Shown piece by piece: positions 1-8,961 of a stretch of 64,000 bases of DNA. The notes under the pieces were generated by a model that was not told the origin of the DNA, ran no database searches, and saw only the letters and a list, made by a program, of their open reading frames with translations. The position numbers were made by a program, and so were the translations under genes. Source of the DNA: Patescibacteria group bacterium (GTDB taxonomy: Bacteria > Patescibacteriota > Microgenomatia > Levybacterales > UBA12049); the NCBI GenBank assembly GCA_041743715.1, contig JBGTMH010000059.1, positions 1,608 through 65,607 of the forward strand, given 5' to 3'. Position 1 is the first letter of the stretch, and each line of letters starts with the position of its first letter.

Positions 1-414
1 ATGTGTAGAGTAATCGCCGCTTGCGCGTTCTACATAGGGGTCACTTTTTAGTTTTTCAATAATAGCATTTTCTTGACCTACCGGAACTTTAACAACTGTG
101 AGATTAATTCCTTCTATCTTTCGAATAACGCTCGCGTCATATTGTATTAGGTGATCAGCTATCTGCGCGTCTGTGAAGCCTGGTTTGAATTTGACCATAA
201 TTTGACCTTCAATTTGTTTGTCAGGAGGGATAGGTGGAGTTGCCCCTTCGAGATTTGTCTGGGGTGATGTAGGTGCGGGTGTCGGTGTTGGTGTCTGTTG
301 TTTTGTTTGCGAGATATTAAAAACGAGCAGTAAAGCACTCACAATAATTACCAACCCAAGGCCAATTGCTACAAATTTAGGCGTAATGAACTTTCCAGAA
401 TTACTTTTTTCCAT
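1..414 (-). CDS. Subtilisin-like (S8) serine protease, N-terminal part only (runs off the window start)
   Basis: Not in the ORF track because no stop lies in the window. Reverse-strand ATG at 414-412 gives MEKSNSGKFITPKFVAIGLGLVIIVSALLL (signal anchor), a TP-rich linker, then an I9-type propeptide (IMVKFKPGF...VVKVP...KLKSDPYVERA). This is colinear with the propeptides of the S8 proteases at 8962-12206. Confidence 0.7.
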   Translation of the reverse strand, partial: MEKSNSGKFITPKFVAIGLGLVIIVSALLLVFNISQTKQQTPTPTPAPTSPQTNLEGATPPIPPDKQIEGQIMVKFKPGFTDAQIADHLIQYDASVIRKIEGINLTVVKVPVGQENAIIEKLKSDPYVERASGDYSTH

Positions 415-604
415 CTATATTAACAGTAAATAAAAAGCAAGTAGGTTGTCAAGAGGGAGGACAGGGCCTATAGTATAAGGATGGGATAACAGTAATGCTA
501 TAGGATATAAATATTAATTGATATTATGGAGTTTTACACGGGAATTGAATAAAATTAAAAGATGTGTTATAATACTATAGTCCTCTTTTTGGGACAAGAT
601 TTTT

Positions 605-2428
605 ATGAATAAAATCAAACATGTAACAAAACAAGTATGGTCGCTGAGAAAGGATACATTGTATCAAAACTCACTTTTTATGATGGCGAGTACCGCAGTT
701 GTCTCTGGAAGTGGATTTTTTTTCTGGATTATTGTAGCAAATTTATATAAAGATTCCCAGGTCGGTCTTGCTACGGCTATCATCTCCGCTGTGACATTTA
801 TTATGAACCTGAGTATTTTAGGACTTAATTACAGTATTATCCGTTTTCTCTCCAAAACCAAAAATAAAACACAATTATTGAGTGATAGTTTTAGCGCAAT
901 TAGTCTCGCAGCTGCAATTTTTGCCGGTATGTTTTTGCTCTTTTTGCCTTTTTTCTCGCCAAGTCTGGCGTTTGTCCGGGAAGGACCAACAGCATGGGTA
1001 TTTATACTATTTACCATATTGGTTACGCTTGACTACTTTACAGAGAGTATCTTTATCGCGTACCGGGCAGGGAAGTATATTTTCTATAAAAATATTGTGG
1101 TTTCGATTTCCAAGCTTCTTTTGCCAGCACTTTTTGTCGGGTTTGGAGCAGTCGGTATATTTTTCGCTTGGTCGCTTGCCCTCTCAAGCGCACTTATCGT
1201 GAGCTTTTTTATTCTCGTTAAAAAGTTCCATTTCAAATTTACTCCAGCATTTCGCAGGACCAAACTCAAGGAGCTCGTGAGTTTTTCTTTTGTTAACTTT
1301 CTTGTAGGACTTTTGGGAATAGCACCAGGACTTCTCTTGCCGATACTTATCACCAATACAATAAATTCCCAAACCGCAGCGTATTTTTACATAGCGTACA
1401 TGATTGCCAATCTGTTGTATGTCATACCATATGCTACGACACAGTCACTTTTTGCCGAAGGATCGTATGATGAAAAAAGTTTTTGGCACAGTGTCGGAAA
1501 AGCACTCAAGCTTATTTTTACCCTTCTTATTCCTGCAATTATTGTCCTTCTTCTCTTGAGTAATTTTATCTTACTCTTTTTCGGTAAATCATATTCGGTT
1601 GAAGGAGTCCGCTTTTTGCATCTGCTAGCGCTTGCAGGTATCCCGGTTTCACTTAATTATCTTGGACTCACTATTCTTAATGTCAAACGTAAGATGAAAG
1701 CGCTTCTTATTATTTGCATAATCGGAACTGTCACGATTCTCTGGTTGAGTTATGCCCTGAGGGAATATTCACTTGCTGGAATAGGTGTCGCTTGGTTGGC
1801 CGGACATCTTGTTAAAAATGTTCTGTATGGAGGATATATTGGTTTGGTACTTAATAAAGATAAAATTGGGGCAGGTCTTATGAACACCTATATCAAAGCC
1901 AAATACTTTACAGCACGGCTTCGGTCAGTGCATATGGGTATGCGGTTGTCTCATTTCAAAAAACATATTTATATTATGCCGGACTGCAAATTTGAAAACG
2001 TCCGCAATATGGATTTTGGGAAAAATATTTTTGTAAATCACAACACGACTTTCTCGACACCCCACGGCATGAAAATCGGGGACTATGTGATGATAGGCCC
2101 CTATTGTCTTTTTGCAACAGTGCATCATGGAATAGCAGACTGGAAAAAACCGATGATGTTCCAAGAAACGGTAGAAAAACCAATCGTTATTGAAGATGAT
2201 GTATGGATCGGCGCCAATGTAACTGTTCTAGGGGGCGTTACCATCGGACGGGGAGCAGTCGTTGCCGCGGGTGCTGTGGTAAGTCGCGATGTCGAGCCTT
2301 ATGCAATTGTCGGTGGGGTACCAGCAAAATTAATTCGGTATAGATTCGACGAAAAAACGGTATCGAAAGCAAAAAGGCTTGATCTACATAAAATTGCTGA
2401 GCAAAGTAAGTCGGGGTTGTGGGGATGA
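605..2428 (+). CDS. Polysaccharide flippase (MOP/Wzx-like, about 12 TM) fused to a C-terminal hexapeptide-repeat O-acetyltransferase
   Basis: The N-terminal ~420 aa are polytopic and Wzx-like. The C-terminus has left-handed beta-helix repeats typical of WbbJ/LacA-type acetyltransferases: [11 protein letters not shown]...[51 protein letters not shown]. Confidence 0.8.
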   Translation: MNKIKHVTKQVWSLRKDTLYQNSLFMMASTAVVSGSGFFFWIIVANLYKDSQVGLATAIISAVTFIMNLSILGLNYSIIRFLSKTKNKTQLLSDSFSAISLAAAIFAGMFLLFLPFFSPSLAFVREGPTAWVFILFTILVTLDYFTESIFIAYRAGKYIFYKNIVVSISKLLLPALFVGFGAVGIFFAWSLALSSALIVSFFILVKKFHFKFTPAFRRTKLKELVSFSFVNFLVGLLGIAPGLLLPILITNTINSQTAAYFYIAYMIANLLYVIPYATTQSLFAEGSYDEKSFWHSVGKALKLIFTLLIPAIIVLLLLSNFILLFFGKSYSVEGVRFLHLLALAGIPVSLNYLGLTILNVKRKMKALLIICIIGTVTILWLSYALREYSLAGIGVAWLAGHLVKNVLYGGYIGLVLNKDKIGAGLMNTYIKAKYFTARLRSVHMGMRLSHFKKHIYIMPDCKFENVRNMDFGKNIFVNHNTTFSTPHGMKIGDYVMIGPYCLFATVHHGIADWKKPMMFQETVEKPIVIEDDVWIGANVTVLGGVTIGRGAVVAAGAVVSRDVEPYAIVGGVPAKLIRYRFDEKTVSKAKRLDLHKIAEQSKSGLWG

Positions 2429-2728
2429 GTAGAAATGAGAGTTGAAAAATGAGAGATGAGAAATAATTTTTAATTTGACTCCTGTTTGCGCAACTCGCTG
2501 AACACTTACAAGTCGAACCACGAGATTGAGCCACATGTTAAAGATGCCATACGCGTACTGTTACGCGGGATAACACAATATTTACCTCAAGGTGCTTGAG
2601 GCGATTGTTAGGAATGGATAGATGCATTGGGTAAGCACATGTAATATTTGACATGACAAAGACAATTCGAATACTTGAAAAGAATCAAACATTGACTTCT
2701 CAATTGACGAGTTGTATGATCTTTTTTT

Positions 2729-3501
2729 ATGGCATTTACAGAGTTACGAAGAGGCGCCAGAGAATTTAAATTCCGAACATGGGCTTCGAAAAAAGCGCAA
2801 GGAATGCCAGGTACTCCAGAAACACCAACCCAGCCTGTATTTTCGGAAGCTTTTCTGGTGCAAGCTGGCATTCAGGCGGAACTTGATAAAAGATACGCAA
2901 GTCTTACTCCTACCAGGCCAGTAGAATATGTAAGTTTTGGACAAGATCGAGTTGTAAATTTAATGCATACTGATAGAGGAGATCTAGTACTCAAAACTCT
3001 CAAACCAACTTCGCGATTTAATCTTTTATTTGGTCTCGGTTTACCGGCGGTAGATATACCACCAGATACAGAACTAACAGCGAGAGAACGAATTGTAGCA
3101 GCACATCATGGAGTTACTGTCGTACACACGCAGTCACTGAAAAAGTGCGGCTTGTACATATACTGGCTTCCACGTACCTTGGTCAGGGTACCGACGTGAT
3201 TTGGCCGACAGGAATATTTGAAGACGGGGATCAAATACATAATGTACAGAGGTATCTACCTCCATATAATCTGATGCCATTTGTAGAAATAGATATACGA
3301 GAGAATGAGTTACAACAACGAGAAAAAGCAAAACTATTTTTTACTTTCCGTGAACGATGGAGAAGTATGCTTGAATCTCCAGATTTTAGGGCAACGCCTT
3401 CTGATGTGCAGGATTATTGGCGTACTTTCCCACCTGATTCAGGTTTTGGTACTAATGCTAAATTTTTAGGTTTGGGTAGAGTTGTGGCAATTGATTATTG
3501 A
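2729..3501 (+). pseudogene. Hypothetical protein split into two frames at an A5 run (2729-3199 and 3145-3501)
   Basis: The two ORFs overlap by 55 nt. Frame 2 reads ...CAG TCA CTG AAA AAG TGC. Frame 1 continues GTG CGG CTT... from 3145. One extra A in the run at 3140-3144, or a -1 slip on G-AAA-AAG, gives one continuous 257-codon ORF. Confidence 0.4.
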
Positions 3502-3504
3502 AGA

Positions 3505-4209
3505 TTAGAAAAAAGGAACAAACGGTTTTTTATGGGAAGCAGATCTAATTCTGCAGATAACCGGAACTCTTTGCAACTCAGATTTTCGCACTTCCTCAGC
3601 TCTACGATATTCCATTATGAATTCTATATCATTTCCAATATTCATTCGTCGTCGTTCTTGTGTTGGAAAAATAGGGGAGTCGATAGGTTGTGCTTTTTCA
3701 TAGAGTCTTTCATAACCTTCTTTGAAATTTCCATCACCATTCTCAAGAATAGTGGTAAGAATCTCTCTAACAACAAGTGCATCAACCTCTTTTTCCGGTC
3801 CTCCTAACTCAATAAATACTAATCCGCCAATATCAACTGGCTTATCCCACATGCCGTCTCCAACGACTACCATATGTGCACGTTTTTGTTCATCAGTATA
3901 ATATCTTGCGACAGGTCTGTAGTGTTTCCCGTGTGGTGTTTGGTTAACAGTGTCATTATCATAGATTTCTGAGAAATTACTATCGAGGTGAGTCCTCCGT
4001 AAAGCCTCAGTAATATATCCGACACTAGCTCCAGAAGTAATATAATGTCTATATCCTGATTCTTCTGAGAAATCATTTAAGAGGTCTGTTATACCATAGC
4101 GCAAGAATATCGGTTGAGAGTTTTCTGGGTTTATTGCCCGCATACCTCTAAAATCTCCCACAGTATCATCAAGATCCCAGCAAATTATTTTTTTGCCACG
4201 TTCTGCCAT
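3505..4209 (-). CDS. HAD-superfamily hydrolase
   Basis: Motif I is WDLDDTVGDF (DxDxT) near the N-terminus. Motif IV-like is VVVGDGMWDKP. Confidence 0.75.
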   Translation of the reverse strand: MAERGKKIICWDLDDTVGDFRGMRAINPENSQPIFLRYGITDLLNDFSEESGYRHYITSGASVGYITEALRRTHLDSNFSEIYDNDTVNQTPHGKHYRPVARYYTDEQKRAHMVVVGDGMWDKPVDIGGLVFIELGGPEKEVDALVVREILTTILENGDGNFKEGYERLYEKAQPIDSPIFPTQERRRMNIGNDIEFIMEYRRAEEVRKSELQRVPVICRIRSASHKKPFVPFF

Positions 4210-4345
4210 GTTGGATGAGATTTTACCAGATAATTGAGCAAATAGGTAGTTTTAGGAAGTTATGACTACGAAAGTAAATGAAGAGTGATAGCTACGTTTT
4301 CTAAAAGACTTCCACTCTCGTCCCGTTGTCGGCTCAGTCGATGGA

Positions 4346-5062
4346 TTATCTAGTTGGAGGAGTAGGAACTTTAAAATAAGCTTCAAATAAGCCTTGTCCT
4401 TGGGTGTCAATAAATACTGTAAAAATAGGATTGTTGTTATCTTCGACAAAACGACGCGTGTGTTCCTCTAGGATAGTATATGGGTTTGGTTCGGGAGAAC
4501 ATCCAAAACTCCCTCCACCATTTTGTATTAGATCAGTTACGACTGCAGGCGTCTGGGTGGTAAATACAGTTTGGGCCGAAGGAAAAGCGTCCGGATTGGA
4601 AGTCCAACTCTCTGAGGCATATTTATTATTAATTAGCTTATTAACTCCACCCTCCATTTTTTTACCTGGTGTATCTGTTTTTCCAATTGCTAGATGAGTA
4701 GCATCTGCGACCAATACTACAGTCTCTGTATCCGGTTTGGAGGGATGAAGTGCCTGAGTAGGATTTGTTATACAATCAACCACTTCTACATGTGGCGGGA
4801 GGGGGCCATGAGGGTCTATTCCAAATAGTTTGCCTGGTTGTTGTGGTACCGGTATTTCAGTAGGTGGTAAAAATGGAGTTGATGTGGCATCAGGACGAGG
4901 TTTTGTATCAGGTCCGGCTGTTTGGTTACCATATGCGCATGCTTCTGGTGCTATAGCCAACGCTGCTGCAAGCATTACCATTCGAATTCTTCTTCTTGGT
5001 TCTCTGGCGAGTCTTATCATATGCGTAGTGGGAAGTATAATAAACTTTTGGAAAATGTGCAA
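4346..5062 (-). CDS. Hypothetical secreted protein
   Basis: Long ORF with an N-terminal basic and hydrophobic segment (RRRIRMVMLAAALAIAPEACAYG). No recognisable catalytic motif. Confidence 0.5.
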   Translation of the reverse strand: MHIFQKFIILPTTHMIRLAREPRRRIRMVMLAAALAIAPEACAYGNQTAGPDTKPRPDATSTPFLPPTEIPVPQQPGKLFGIDPHGPLPPHVEVVDCITNPTQALHPSKPDTETVVLVADATHLAIGKTDTPGKKMEGGVNKLINNKYASESWTSNPDAFPSAQTVFTTQTPAVVTDLIQNGGGSFGCSPEPNPYTILEEHTRRFVEDNNNPIFTVFIDTQGQGLFEAYFKVPTPPTR

Positions 5063-5073
5063 GAGTTACGGAC

Positions 5074-5520
5074 TTAGAAAACTTCCACTCTGGTGCCATT
5101 ATCAGCCCAGTCATAGAGCCATTTTGAGGCGGGGATGGGGACGTTGACGCAGCCGTGGGTGCGGCGTGTTCCGAAGGAGTTATGCCAGTAGGCGCCATGG
5201 ATGGCATAGGCTCCGGTAAAATACATGACATTGGGGACGTTTTTTAGTGAATACGGTTCATATGGACGATAGTGGCCTTTCATGTCTTGCAGGGGAAGTT
5301 TGCGGTAAATTTTGAAACTTCCCTTGACAGTCGGTGTGTAGCGCATGCCTGTTGAGACTGGTGTTTGAAATTGTATTTTCCCCCCATCCCATGCATAAAG
5401 CATCTGTTTGCCGGTATCGACTGTAATGAGTTTGCCACTCGTGATGATATCTGCTGATGCGGGTTGGGGGAGGAGAAAAAAGAGGGAAAGTATGATAAAG
5501 AAGAGCATGAAGCGTTTCAT
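5074..5520 (-). CDS. L,D-transpeptidase (YkuD domain), secreted
   Basis: Signal peptide MKRFMLFFIILSLFFLLPQPASA. Catalytic motif YAIHGAYWHNSFGTRRTHGCVNVP (His...HGC). Confidence 0.85.
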   Translation of the reverse strand: MKRFMLFFIILSLFFLLPQPASADIITSGKLITVDTGKQMLYAWDGGKIQFQTPVSTGMRYTPTVKGSFKIYRKLPLQDMKGHYRPYEPYSLKNVPNVMYFTGAYAIHGAYWHNSFGTRRTHGCVNVPIPASKWLYDWADNGTRVEVF

Positions 5521-5636
5521 AATAATAAAGTAGCATATTATTATTAACTTGTCTACGTTTAATATACATCTTATACATTTATTTCCCTAGGTCGCGTAGC
5601 TATAGCACCTCCCAGGTTAAAGATCTCTTTGTTATC

Positions 5637-6983
5637 CTATTGTGCTTGCACTGCTTTTTCAAACAATGTTGGCTGTAAGCCATGTGGGTCGTACTTTTTT
5701 TTTAATTTTGTGTATGCCGCACCGTTATAGATTCGATTAAATTCGGGTTTGGTAACAAACGTTGTTGAATATAACATTTTAATTCCATCGTGATCAAAAC
5801 AAAACTTGTCAATGATTTTGGTATTGTAATAGTGTGGTTGTGATGGGTTCTTTTTTACAAAACTATAACTACCGATATTGAGATACAGCTGTTTTTCTTT
5901 TATAGGGTAGCATGTTGCACTTTTGGGGACTTTGACGAGTACTATGGCGAGAGGTTTACCGTTAAGATCAACAGTATCGAGAACAAAGTTTAGCAAAGAG
6001 TTGGCGTGTCGCCAAGGTACCTCCCAGTCCTGAATTAAATGCTCTAGTCGCTCATTTTCATCTTCCTTGTTAACGAATGGTAGGTGGACACGTTGCTTCG
6101 TGTAGTGAGTATAAAAGCCAGAATTTCTGAAACGGTGTGACGCGAGCTTACGAAATATTTGAAAAAATGGAGATTCAGGTATATTCCAAAACCACTCAGG
6201 ATCATAACGGAATAAATAATCTTTGGTGATAAACGTTAGTTGTCCTGGCCGACTGATTTCTTTATAAAAAATTGTGCTGCCATAGATACTTTTTATTTGC
6301 GGGGCAGTATCTGTTTCTCTTCCTATGGTGAGATAAAGTTTATTTTTGGAGTATGCCAAACCTTCAATGACATCATTTAATGGTTCATCTGTGGCTGCTT
6401 CTGAGGCAGTAAGGAGTGCCGCTGGTGTATTAAACCGTTCTGTAGTGAGCGTCATGTACGGTTTTGCTCTTCGCAGTTTAATTTTCACTCTGAGAATATA
6501 CCCTAGTGTGCCGTAAGAATTGGGGAGACCATGAAATAAGTCAGCATATTGATTTTTTGCAGAACAGGTAACTATGCGGCCGTCTGGTAAGAGCACGTCT
6601 GCTTCCAAGAGGGCATTATGAACAAATCCAAACTTGTAACTGTTGGCTTCAATACCGATGCCAACAGTAGCACCGCCAATAGTGATATGTTTTAACTCTG
6701 GTGTGATTGTGGGCAAAAAGCCATGAGGCAGGACAAAATTGACGATGTTTTCGTACGTGGTCAGGCCTTGTGTTTCAAGCGTCAGGTTGGAGGGATCGAG
6801 ATATAAGGGCTGAGTAAATTGACTCAAATCAACTTCCCGGCTTTGGATATTCTTACGTCCAGTATACCGAAATAGATTGGAGATAGTATTTTTTTTAACT
6901 CGTAATCTTTGGGTATTTCCGGTGAGACTTGCCTCTAATTGTTTCAGTAGTTTTTTGTGATGGTCTCGTAAGTCAATGTGCAT
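5637..6983 (-). CDS. FAD-binding (PCMH-type) oxidoreductase, partner of the upstream methyltransferase
   Basis: FAD-binding region ITIGGATVGIGIEANSYKFGFVHNALLEADVLLPDGRIV...DLFHGLPNSYGTLGYILRVKIKL. I place the start at ATG 6983, 19 nt after the upstream stop. The ORF-track start at 7391 would overlap the upstream gene by 390 nt. Confidence 0.8.
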   Translation of the reverse strand: MHIDLRDHHKKLLKQLEASLTGNTQRLRVKKNTISNLFRYTGRKNIQSREVDLSQFTQPLYLDPSNLTLETQGLTTYENIVNFVLPHGFLPTITPELKHITIGGATVGIGIEANSYKFGFVHNALLEADVLLPDGRIVTCSAKNQYADLFHGLPNSYGTLGYILRVKIKLRRAKPYMTLTTERFNTPAALLTASEAATDEPLNDVIEGLAYSKNKLYLTIGRETDTAPQIKSIYGSTIFYKEISRPGQLTFITKDYLFRYDPEWFWNIPESPFFQIFRKLASHRFRNSGFYTHYTKQRVHLPFVNKEDENERLEHLIQDWEVPWRHANSLLNFVLDTVDLNGKPLAIVLVKVPKSATCYPIKEKQLYLNIGSYSFVKKNPSQPHYYNTKIIDKFCFDHDGIKMLYSTTFVTKPEFNRIYNGAAYTKLKKKYDPHGLQPTLFEKAVQAQ

Positions 6984-7002
6984 ACAAGAAGAATTTATGA
7001 TT

Positions 7003-8163
7003 CTAGCGTACTGCTTGATACACCGTAGGTATTGTGCTTTTGGAGTAGACAAATTGCCACAGCTGCATACCCCGTGCTTTAAAACCTCCCGCTGATCCAT
7101 GTAAGTAAAATTTCCACATCCGGTAGAACCGTTCGTCATATTTCTCAGGATACTTACTCGATAGTGTTTTCCAATGTTTGTCAAAATTATAAAACCATGC
7201 CATACACGTAGGATAGTAATATGCCCCGAAGTTGTGTAGGTCTTCAAGAATAAATCTCTTTTCAGCTGCTTTACCGATCTGGGCGATCGATGGCAGGTGT
7301 GAGTTTGGAAATGTGTACTTTTCTGTCCAAGGATCGTTGGCAATGACTGATTCGTTTGACCCGATCGTATGCAGCAAAAAGAGACCATCATCTTTTAAGC
7401 AATCTTTCATAAGCTTCATAAAGGTATCATAATTTTTGTATGTCACGTGTTCCATCATGCCGATTGAGACAATCCGGTCATACTTTTCTATTTTCAGATC
7501 CCGGTAATCCTGATGTCTGATATCAACTGGTAACCCTTTGCAACGTTTTTTGGCAAAGGCGGCTTGTTCTTTCGAAACAGTATAGCCGACAACATGTACG
7601 CCATAATTGGCTGCGGCAAAGTAAGCAAAATTGCCGAATCCGCAACCAGGTTCTAAGACTTTCATACCGGGTTTTAGATACAATTTCCGGCAAATAAGAT
7701 CGAGTTTGGCAAGCTGGGCAATGTGGAGATTTTTGGGGTCTTTCCAGGCAGTATCGAGATTGGGAATGTCCTTCCAATACCCACATGTGTAATTCATGTC
7801 GGGGTCAAGCATGAGTTCATAGAGCTCATTGCCGATATCATAATGTTTTTCTCCAACTATATATGCTCGACGTTGATCAGCGATATTGATAATTTTATTC
7901 CTGACAAAGAGAAAAAGCGTTTGCGGTGTTCTCTCGACATCATGATGTGCTTTTGCCCGAACTATTTTCGCTGTCGTTTCTTCAAGATGGTCTGAGTCCC
8001 ACCAACCATCCATGTATGATTCGCCAAAACCAAGTATGCCATCTACAAAAACACGTCTATAAAAACGCGTATCATGGACTTGTATATCTCCTTTATTTTT
8101 GCCATTGACCGTGATATTAGCTTTGGCGAGCAGTCTTGTGATTACTTTTTCGGATTGGCTCAT
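7003..8163 (-). CDS. Cyclopropane-fatty-acyl-phospholipid synthase family SAM methyltransferase (CMAS family)
   Basis: SAM motif VLEPGCGFGNFAYFAA. Family-typical blocks are HYDIGNELYELMLDPDMNYTCGYW and SIGMMEHVTYKNYDTFM. TGCTATAAT lies 6 nt upstream of the ATG. Confidence 0.9.
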   Translation of the reverse strand: MSQSEKVITRLLAKANITVNGKNKGDIQVHDTRFYRRVFVDGILGFGESYMDGWWDSDHLEETTAKIVRAKAHHDVERTPQTLFLFVRNKIINIADQRRAYIVGEKHYDIGNELYELMLDPDMNYTCGYWKDIPNLDTAWKDPKNLHIAQLAKLDLICRKLYLKPGMKVLEPGCGFGNFAYFAAANYGVHVVGYTVSKEQAAFAKKRCKGLPVDIRHQDYRDLKIEKYDRIVSIGMMEHVTYKNYDTFMKLMKDCLKDDGLFLLHTIGSNESVIANDPWTEKYTFPNSHLPSIAQIGKAAEKRFILEDLHNFGAYYYPTCMAWFYNFDKHWKTLSSKYPEKYDERFYRMWKFYLHGSAGGFKARGMQLWQFVYSKSTIPTVYQAVR

Positions 8164-8212
8164 GCAGGTATTATAGCAAAAAGATCTTTGAAATAAATAG
8201 AGATCGTTATAC

Positions 8213-8551
8213 TTAAAATCCCAACTGATCTAGGGCAGTGAGCCAAAGTTTTTTGAGTGGCGATGCTGCTTGTATCTGGAGATAACGCGCGCGTTTTTTT
8301 GCATCCTTTGTACCGGGATATGGAGGGTTGACCCAACAAGACACGACAATCTTTTCTCCGTTGTCTTTTATCTTAACAATTGCTGCGACAGTTTTGCCTT
8401 CTATACGTTTTTGTAATTCAATGAGATTATCGTCTTTTGCGGTGGTTTTATCAGGATGCGATAGTGCTATATCAATAAGCGATTGTGGAATTTTGCGATC
8501 AGACAATCGTTTAAGCGCATGCTTGGTCCAGATGTAAGAGTTGGAAGCCAT
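8213..8551 (-). CDS. DUF4258-like small protein (toxin-like fold family)
   Basis: N-terminal IWTKHALKRLSDRKIPQSLIDIAL matches the H-A-x-x-R-x-x-x-R signature I associate with DUF4258. TGCTATAAT lies 6 nt upstream of the ATG. Confidence 0.55.
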   Translation of the reverse strand: MASNSYIWTKHALKRLSDRKIPQSLIDIALSHPDKTTAKDDNLIELQKRIEGKTVAAIVKIKDNGEKIVVSCWVNPPYPGTKDAKKRARYLQIQAASPLKKLWLTALDQLGF

Positions 8552-8961
8552 AAAGTTATTATAGCAGGGTGTTCAAAAGGTTTGGGTTTTGAGAAGAGGA
8601 CACCTGAGGGTAAAATTGTGAAAGAGATTTCACGGATCTGCGGAAACCGCAAGGCTTGCCTATTGGCAACCACGATCCAAAAATCGCTCCACACCCCCAG
8701 GTGTCCGACTCCTCGTACTTATTAAATTGTAATGCGAAAATGCATACGGATCCTCCTTTCTAGAGAGACGATACTGTGCCGGTCGGCCCAGTGATTGCTC
8801 AGTTGAGCAAGTTGATGATCAGTACGCCTGCATTGGTGACTATGTGGACAAGTCCAATTGTCATTGCAATGAGCGCACCTGGGTACTCGTCATAGACCTT
8901 TCCGAAGACATCCCGGAATGGCCAAACGGTTGCTGCTCCACAGGACTATTTGTTGCAGTAA

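Noticed and set aside
218-433. 71-aa + strand ORF (G/V-rich)
   Set aside because: It lies antisense to a much better reverse-strand reading (the S8 protease N-terminus with signal anchor and I9 propeptide). The G/V-rich product is the typical mirror of a T/P-rich linker.
6984-7391. N-terminal 136-aa extension of the FAD oxidoreductase ORF (ORF-track start 7391)
   Set aside because: It overlaps the 3' end of the methyltransferase gene by about 390 nt in another frame, and its sequence looks non-protein-like. ATG 6983 lies 19 nt after the upstream stop and precedes the FAD-binding domain.
8594-8715. TPP riboswitch or SRP RNA identity for the multi-hairpin structure
   Set aside because: There is partial resemblance (CUGAG..., GAUCUGCGGAAACCGCAAGG). 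But the conserved ACCCUUUGAACCUGAUC and CGUAGGGA TPP blocks and the SRP GGAA-tetraloop/AGCAGC helix-8 motif are absent. No regulated gene lies downstream on the + strand. It is kept only as an unclassified structure.
8740-8960. 47-codon stop-to-stop ORF (...VWPFRDVFGKVYDEYPGALIAMTIGLVHIVTNAGVLIINLLN*) on the minus strand
   Set aside because: It looks protein-like, but it has no ATG/GTG/TTG before the hydrophobic segment and no SD or -10 box. It is probably a gene remnant and is not called.
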